Positions 60,561 through 64,000 of a stretch of 64,000 nt of DNA are shown here, piece after piece. The stretch lies in assembly GCA_043746815.1 (NCBI GenBank), contig JAYTQG010000226.1, positions 647 through 64,646 of the forward strand. The letters are read 5' to 3'. The DNA comes from Thermoleophilia bacterium. Its GTDB lineage: Bacteria; Actinomycetota; Thermoleophilia; Miltoncostaeales; Miltoncostaeaceae. Below the pieces are notes generated by a model. That model had not been told where the DNA came from and made no database searches. It was given only the letters and a program-made list of their open reading frames with translations. Positions within the stretch are counted from its first letter, which is position 1; each line of letters begins with the position of its first letter. The translations under genes were made by a program, and so were the position numbers.

Positions 60561-61855
60561 GGCGCGCCCTCGTCGTGGGTCTTGGCCGCTCTGGACGCGC
60601 CGCCGCGCTCCTGCTCGCTCGGCGCCAGTGGGATGTCATCGTCGTCGACGAGCGTGTCACCGAGGACGCGGAATTGTCAGCGGCGGGCGTCACGTTTGGC
60701 GCGTTTGCCGCCGCACCTCAAAACCTGGATCTCGTCGTCAAGAGTCCCGGTGTTCCGGCTGAGGCGGCTCCGGTGGCGGCAGCCCGAGCGGCGGGAATCG
60801 AGGTCATCAGCGAGATCGAGCTCGCCTCCAGGTATTTGCCAAACCCGATCCTCGCGATCACCGGGACCAACGGGAAGACGACCACCACGGAGCTCACCGC
60901 TCACCTCCTGAACGAAGGTGGCATTTCGGCCATCGCCTGCGGAAATCAAGGGACCGCCCTCGCGGGGCTCGTCGATGCCGTCGCGCCCGACGTCTGGCTG
61001 GTTGTTGAGTGCTCCAGCTTTCAGTTGGAGGACATCGACACCTTTCATCCGCGTGGCGCCGTGCTGCTGAACCTCGCGCCCGACCACATCGACCGGCACG
61101 GCAGCCTCGCCGCCTACCGCGCGGCGAAGCTTCGAATCTTCGAGCGCCAGACCGCGGATGACCTTTCGATCGTCCCGAGGGATGTCACCCTGATCGGGCC
61201 GATGCAGGCTCGCCACATCGATGAGGGCGCCGCTGGCAGGGGTGCCGTTGCGTGGGGCGACGGCGGGCTGCACGTCGATGGGATGGGGCTCGTCTGCCCG
61301 TGGGACGCGTTTGCTCCGAGAGGCCGCCACAACCGTGAGAACGCACTGGCTGCCGCCGCGCTTGCCGCGCACGCTGGGCTTTCGGCGACGGCCATCGCTT
61401 CGGGGATTGCGAGCTTCGTCGGAGGACCGCACCGATTGGAAGTGGTCGCCGAGATCGACGGCGTGCGGTACATCAACGACTCGAAGGCCACGAATCCGGA
61501 GGCGGCCATGGCGGCGCTGAACGCCGAACCTACTGGTGTGCATCTGATCATCGGCGGGCAGGCCAAGGGCACTCCCTTCGCGCCGTTGGCCGCCGTGGCA
61601 TCCGGCCCGGTTGTCCGCGCGTATGTGATTGGCGAAGCTTCAGTCGACATCGCCGAGGCGTTTGCAACAGCTGGAATTGCCATCGAGCGGTCAGGGAGGC
61701 TGAGTGTTGCCGTCCGGGCAGCGGCCGCGCGGGCCCGCCCCGGTGAGGTTGTCCTGCTTGCTCCCGCCTGCGCCAGCTTTGATCAGTTCACCGGCTACGA
61801 AGATCGAGGCGATCAATTCCGAGCGCTGGTCGCGACCCTGCCCAGTGGCCGTTGA
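60557..61855 (+). CDS. murD: UDP-N-acetylmuramoylalanine--D-glutamate ligase
   Basis: VVGLGRSG Rossmann N-terminus, ITGTNGKTTT P-loop. TTG at 60557 overlaps the mraY stop, but the start is uncertain. Confidence 0.92.
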   Translation: MRRALVVGLGRSGRAAALLLARRQWDVIVVDERVTEDAELSAAGVTFGAFAAAPQNLDLVVKSPGVPAEAAPVAAARAAGIEVISEIELASRYLPNPILAITGTNGKTTTTELTAHLLNEGGISAIACGNQGTALAGLVDAVAPDVWLVVECSSFQLEDIDTFHPRGAVLLNLAPDHIDRHGSLAAYRAAKLRIFERQTADDLSIVPRDVTLIGPMQARHIDEGAAGRGAVAWGDGGLHVDGMGLVCPWDAFAPRGRHNRENALAAAALAAHAGLSATAIASGIASFVGGPHRLEVVAEIDGVRYINDSKATNPEAAMAALNAEPTGVHLIIGGQAKGTPFAPLAAVASGPVVRAYVIGEASVDIAEAFATAGIAIERSGRLSVAVRAAAARARPGEVVLLAPACASFDQFTGYEDRGDQFRALVATLPSGR

Positions 61856-61924
61856 GGCGAACGCTTGGGGGCATCTGACACCACAGTTGCCCTAAATTCT
61901 CACCCCGAAAGGCCTTGTGCGCCG

Positions 61925-62779
61925 ATGACTCTCGAACCGTCCCATCAGATTCCCAGTCGATTGCTTCTCGGCGTGCTGGCCATTGGGCTTTGGGCAGCAC
62001 CGCTCTCGACGTCAGCCGCGCGTACCGGAGGTTGTGTCGCTGCGGACGCCAGGCACGGTGCGATTTCGGTTCGCAGCGGGGACGTTGAGGCGTGTGTCCG
62101 TTTTCACAAAATGATGCCTGGGCCATTCGCCGGGGTCGACAACGTGCGGTTGGAGGTGACGCGGTCGGGACGACACAGGCGCTACACGCCGCCGGTCGTT
62201 GACGGCAGTCATCTCGAGCACCCGATCGCTATCCGCGACCTTGACATGGATGGCGTCCCCGAGGTTGTCTTCCAATGGTTTACCGGAGGTGCCCACTGCT
62301 GCGTGGAGGCTTGGATTCTCACCACGAGTCCGGGGGCCTACGATGTCCCTGACCGGCGAGTCTTTCGCGATTGGGCCGATCACGGCTTCACGATCCGGCA
62401 GTTGAATGCTGGCGGCTCCCCGTTGGAACTTGTGTCCGACGATGCGTCGTTTGACTACGAGTTTTCGTCATACGCGGGCCACCATTCACCCCCGCAGATC
62501 TTCAACCTTGTTCACGGCAAGCTGCAGGACGTCACTCGCTCGTTTCCGGCGGTGATTCGGAGCGACCAACGCTTCGCGCTGACGCAGTTCCGGGAGACCG
62601 TACGAGCATATCCCGATGAGGCCCGCGGGGCCCTTGCAGCCTATGTCGCCGACGCGTATCTGCTGGGACGTCCCGCCCCGGCCTGGGCGAGCGTTCGGCG
62701 TCTCGATCGGGGTCCCAACCCCGTCCGGTTCCGTCGCGCTCTTGCGGCCTTCCTCAAACAGCAGGGCTACGTCTCGTGA
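61925..62779 (+). CDS. Hypothetical secreted protein
   Basis: Signal-like MTLEPSHQIPSRLLLGVLAIGLWAAPLSTSAA. DLDMDGVPEVVFQWFTGGAHCC segment. No family recognised. Confidence 0.55.
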   Translation: MTLEPSHQIPSRLLLGVLAIGLWAAPLSTSAARTGGCVAADARHGAISVRSGDVEACVRFHKMMPGPFAGVDNVRLEVTRSGRHRRYTPPVVDGSHLEHPIAIRDLDMDGVPEVVFQWFTGGAHCCVEAWILTTSPGAYDVPDRRVFRDWADHGFTIRQLNAGGSPLELVSDDASFDYEFSSYAGHHSPPQIFNLVHGKLQDVTRSFPAVIRSDQRFALTQFRETVRAYPDEARGALAAYVADAYLLGRPAPAWASVRRLDRGPNPVRFRRALAAFLKQQGYVS

Positions 62780-62974
62780 GTCAACTGGCTGGCAAGCCGG
62801 TGCTCGACCGGGCAAGGGAGGGATGCGAGCGCTTGAGGATCAGTTCCGCGCGTCGGTCGCGATTCTGCCCTGTAGCGGTCAAGCGATAACGCACAACGGT
62901 GTCTTTCACCGCCTTCACTTCCAGATGTTGTAACCACCGTCGGGGGGTTAGCTGTGGTCAGAGCCGTGATCTAC

Positions 62975-63073
62975 ATGTGCGTCCTATTTGCGCTGCTGGC
63001 GGTTGTGGGCTTGCTCATCCATCTGATTGGCCGCGTGATCGGAAGCTTGATCGAACGCCGTCGAAACAAGTGA
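62975..63073 (+). CDS. Possible 32-aa single-TM peptide
   Basis: MCVLFALLAVVGLLIHLIGRVIGSLIERRRNK. GC3 bias. Followed by the hairpin GGCAC-TCAGCTC-GTGCC. No clear RBS. Confidence 0.25.
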   Translation: MCVLFALLAVVGLLIHLIGRVIGSLIERRRNK

Positions 63074-63291
63074 ATCAAACGGCACTCAGCTCGTGCCCTT
63101 CGACCCCCATCTGAATTGGCCCCGGCGATACCCCAGGCGCGCTCCTTGGTCTCTCCCGCGTTTCGGCGATGGTATCGGCAGCCCCTTCATTCTGGTCTCA
63201 CGGCTGACACATCTGCATCCGCTCTCCTGGTGTTGCGCTGGTGTCGCCTTGACGCGAGCGCAACATCCATCACAACCCAAGGAGACATTCC

Positions 63292-63759
63292 ATGCAGATC
63301 ACGAACGGAACACGGCGGTGGCTTGCGCTTGCAATCGGCGGAGCGACCCTGACAAGCGGCGGCGTAGCCCTCGCGGCGACGGCTGGCTCAAGCACAACCC
63401 CGCCAGCCGCAGCAGTGCCTGCGCCGTCGGCAACCACGCCGAGGCCATTGGTTTCCACCCCCGCGGACCCATCTGAGACCGGCGCCACTGATGCGACCGA
63501 GGCCACTGACACGACTGAGTCCTCGGCCAGTGAGGCGGCCGATATGGCCAAGCTGAAAGCACTCGCCAAGATCGACGAGGCTCAGGCGAAAACCACGGCG
63601 CTCGCGAAGGTCCGCGGGACGGCTGGCGTCACCGAACTCTCAGACGAGAACGGTAAGCCTGTCTGGGACGTCGAGGTCACGGCGACCGACGGCACCATGC
63701 ATGACGTCACGGTTGACGCTGTTACCGGCACCATCGTCACCTCCGAAACCAACGACTAA
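63292..63759 (+). CDS. Secreted PepSY domain protein
   Basis: Signal peptide, Thr/Ala/Pro-rich linker, then C-terminal PepSY pattern (AKTTALAKVRGTAGVTELSDENGKPVWDVEVTATDGTMHDVTVDAVTGTIV). Confidence 0.8.
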   Translation: MQITNGTRRWLALAIGGATLTSGGVALAATAGSSTTPPAAAVPAPSATTPRPLVSTPADPSETGATDATEATDTTESSASEAADMAKLKALAKIDEAQAKTTALAKVRGTAGVTELSDENGKPVWDVEVTATDGTMHDVTVDAVTGTIVTSETND

Positions 63760-63765
63760 CGATGC

Positions 63766-63806
63766 CCGGTGGTGAGTCGAGCCCTCCGTGGTCGACTCAC
63801 CACCGG
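63766..63806. terminator. 15-bp perfect-stem hairpin between convergent genes
   Basis: CCGGTGGTGAGTCGA (63766-63780) and TCGACTCACCACCGG (63792-63806) with an 11-nt loop. No U tract on either side. Confidence 0.5.
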
Positions 63807-63817
63807 CGCTCCGCCGG

Positions 63818-64000
63818 TCACGGGGAGGTGGTGGGGATCTCAATCCATGCGTCCGTGCCCATGATCGTTCCGTCGTTGGCGAGGCGGTTCTCGATTCCAG
63901 CGTTCCCGTCGTGTGCTTGGGCGATGGCTTGGACGATCGCGAGGCCGAGGCCGGAGCCGCCCCTGGTTCGGGCAGTGTCTGCACGGGAGAACCGTTCGAA
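63818..64000 (-). CDS. Sensor histidine kinase, C-terminal end (5' part outside window)
   Basis: The reverse strand translates to [32 protein letters not shown]...IEIPTTSP* with HATPase_c G2-box [10 protein letters not shown]. Not in the ORF track because there is no start codon within the window. Confidence 0.8.
   Translation of the reverse strand, partial: FERFSRADTARTRGGSGLGLAIVQAIAQAHDGNAGIENRLANDGTIMGTDAWIEIPTTSP

Overview
This is a high-GC, monoderm / Actinobacteria-like chromosomal segment with strong GC3 bias. It is densely packed with housekeeping operons, and many adjacent genes overlap by 1-4 nt at start/stop (ATGA/GTGA coupling). In order, the window contains:
- The 3' part of the F1Fo ATP synthase operon (atpF'-H-A-G-D-C).
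- A small accessory patch: an orphan RHH antitoxin with a decayed PIN-like remnant, a secreted protein interrupted by an in-frame TAG, an MFS exporter and an alpha/beta hydrolase.
- An envelope/glycan block: M20 peptidase, LCP ligase, ugd, NDP-sugar pyrophosphorylase, cupin and a GH-like protein.
- A minus-strand block: GGDEF, RHH, prfB, AraC, VOC, secA, hpf, comF.
- A c-di-GMP module: two tandem mini-ORFs, a DUF5317-like polytopic protein and a 7TM HD-GYP.
- ahcY, then a Fic 'mobile mystery protein A/B' pair.
- ftsE-ftsX-ctp-rnr-smpB, with LOG and lutCBA on the opposite strand, then tmRNA (ssrA).
- uppP, a CPBP protease, trpS, yceI, an FMN reductase, and scpA-scpB-rluB-aroH.
- A Tad/Flp pilus locus preceded by a DUF192 gene and a pseudo-receiver OmpR-type regulator.
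- The 5' half of the dcw cluster (mraZ-rsmH-ftsL-ftsI-murE-murF-mraY-murD), which stops after murD.
- A PepSY protein and the 3' end of a histidine kinase.

I recognised no rRNA, tRNA, CRISPR array, transposase or integrase. The most unusual items are:
- The tandem paralogous mini-ORFs in front of the membrane/HD-GYP pair.
- The Tad locus without TadZ or a prepilin peptidase, led by a regulator that lacks all phosphorylation residues.
- A tmRNA with a non-canonical T-loop, next to a compositionally atypical gene.
- A 13-nt anti-Shine-Dalgarno repeat in the atpA-atpG spacer.
- Two orphan RHH antitoxins.

All family assignments come from motif recognition by eye. No searches were run.
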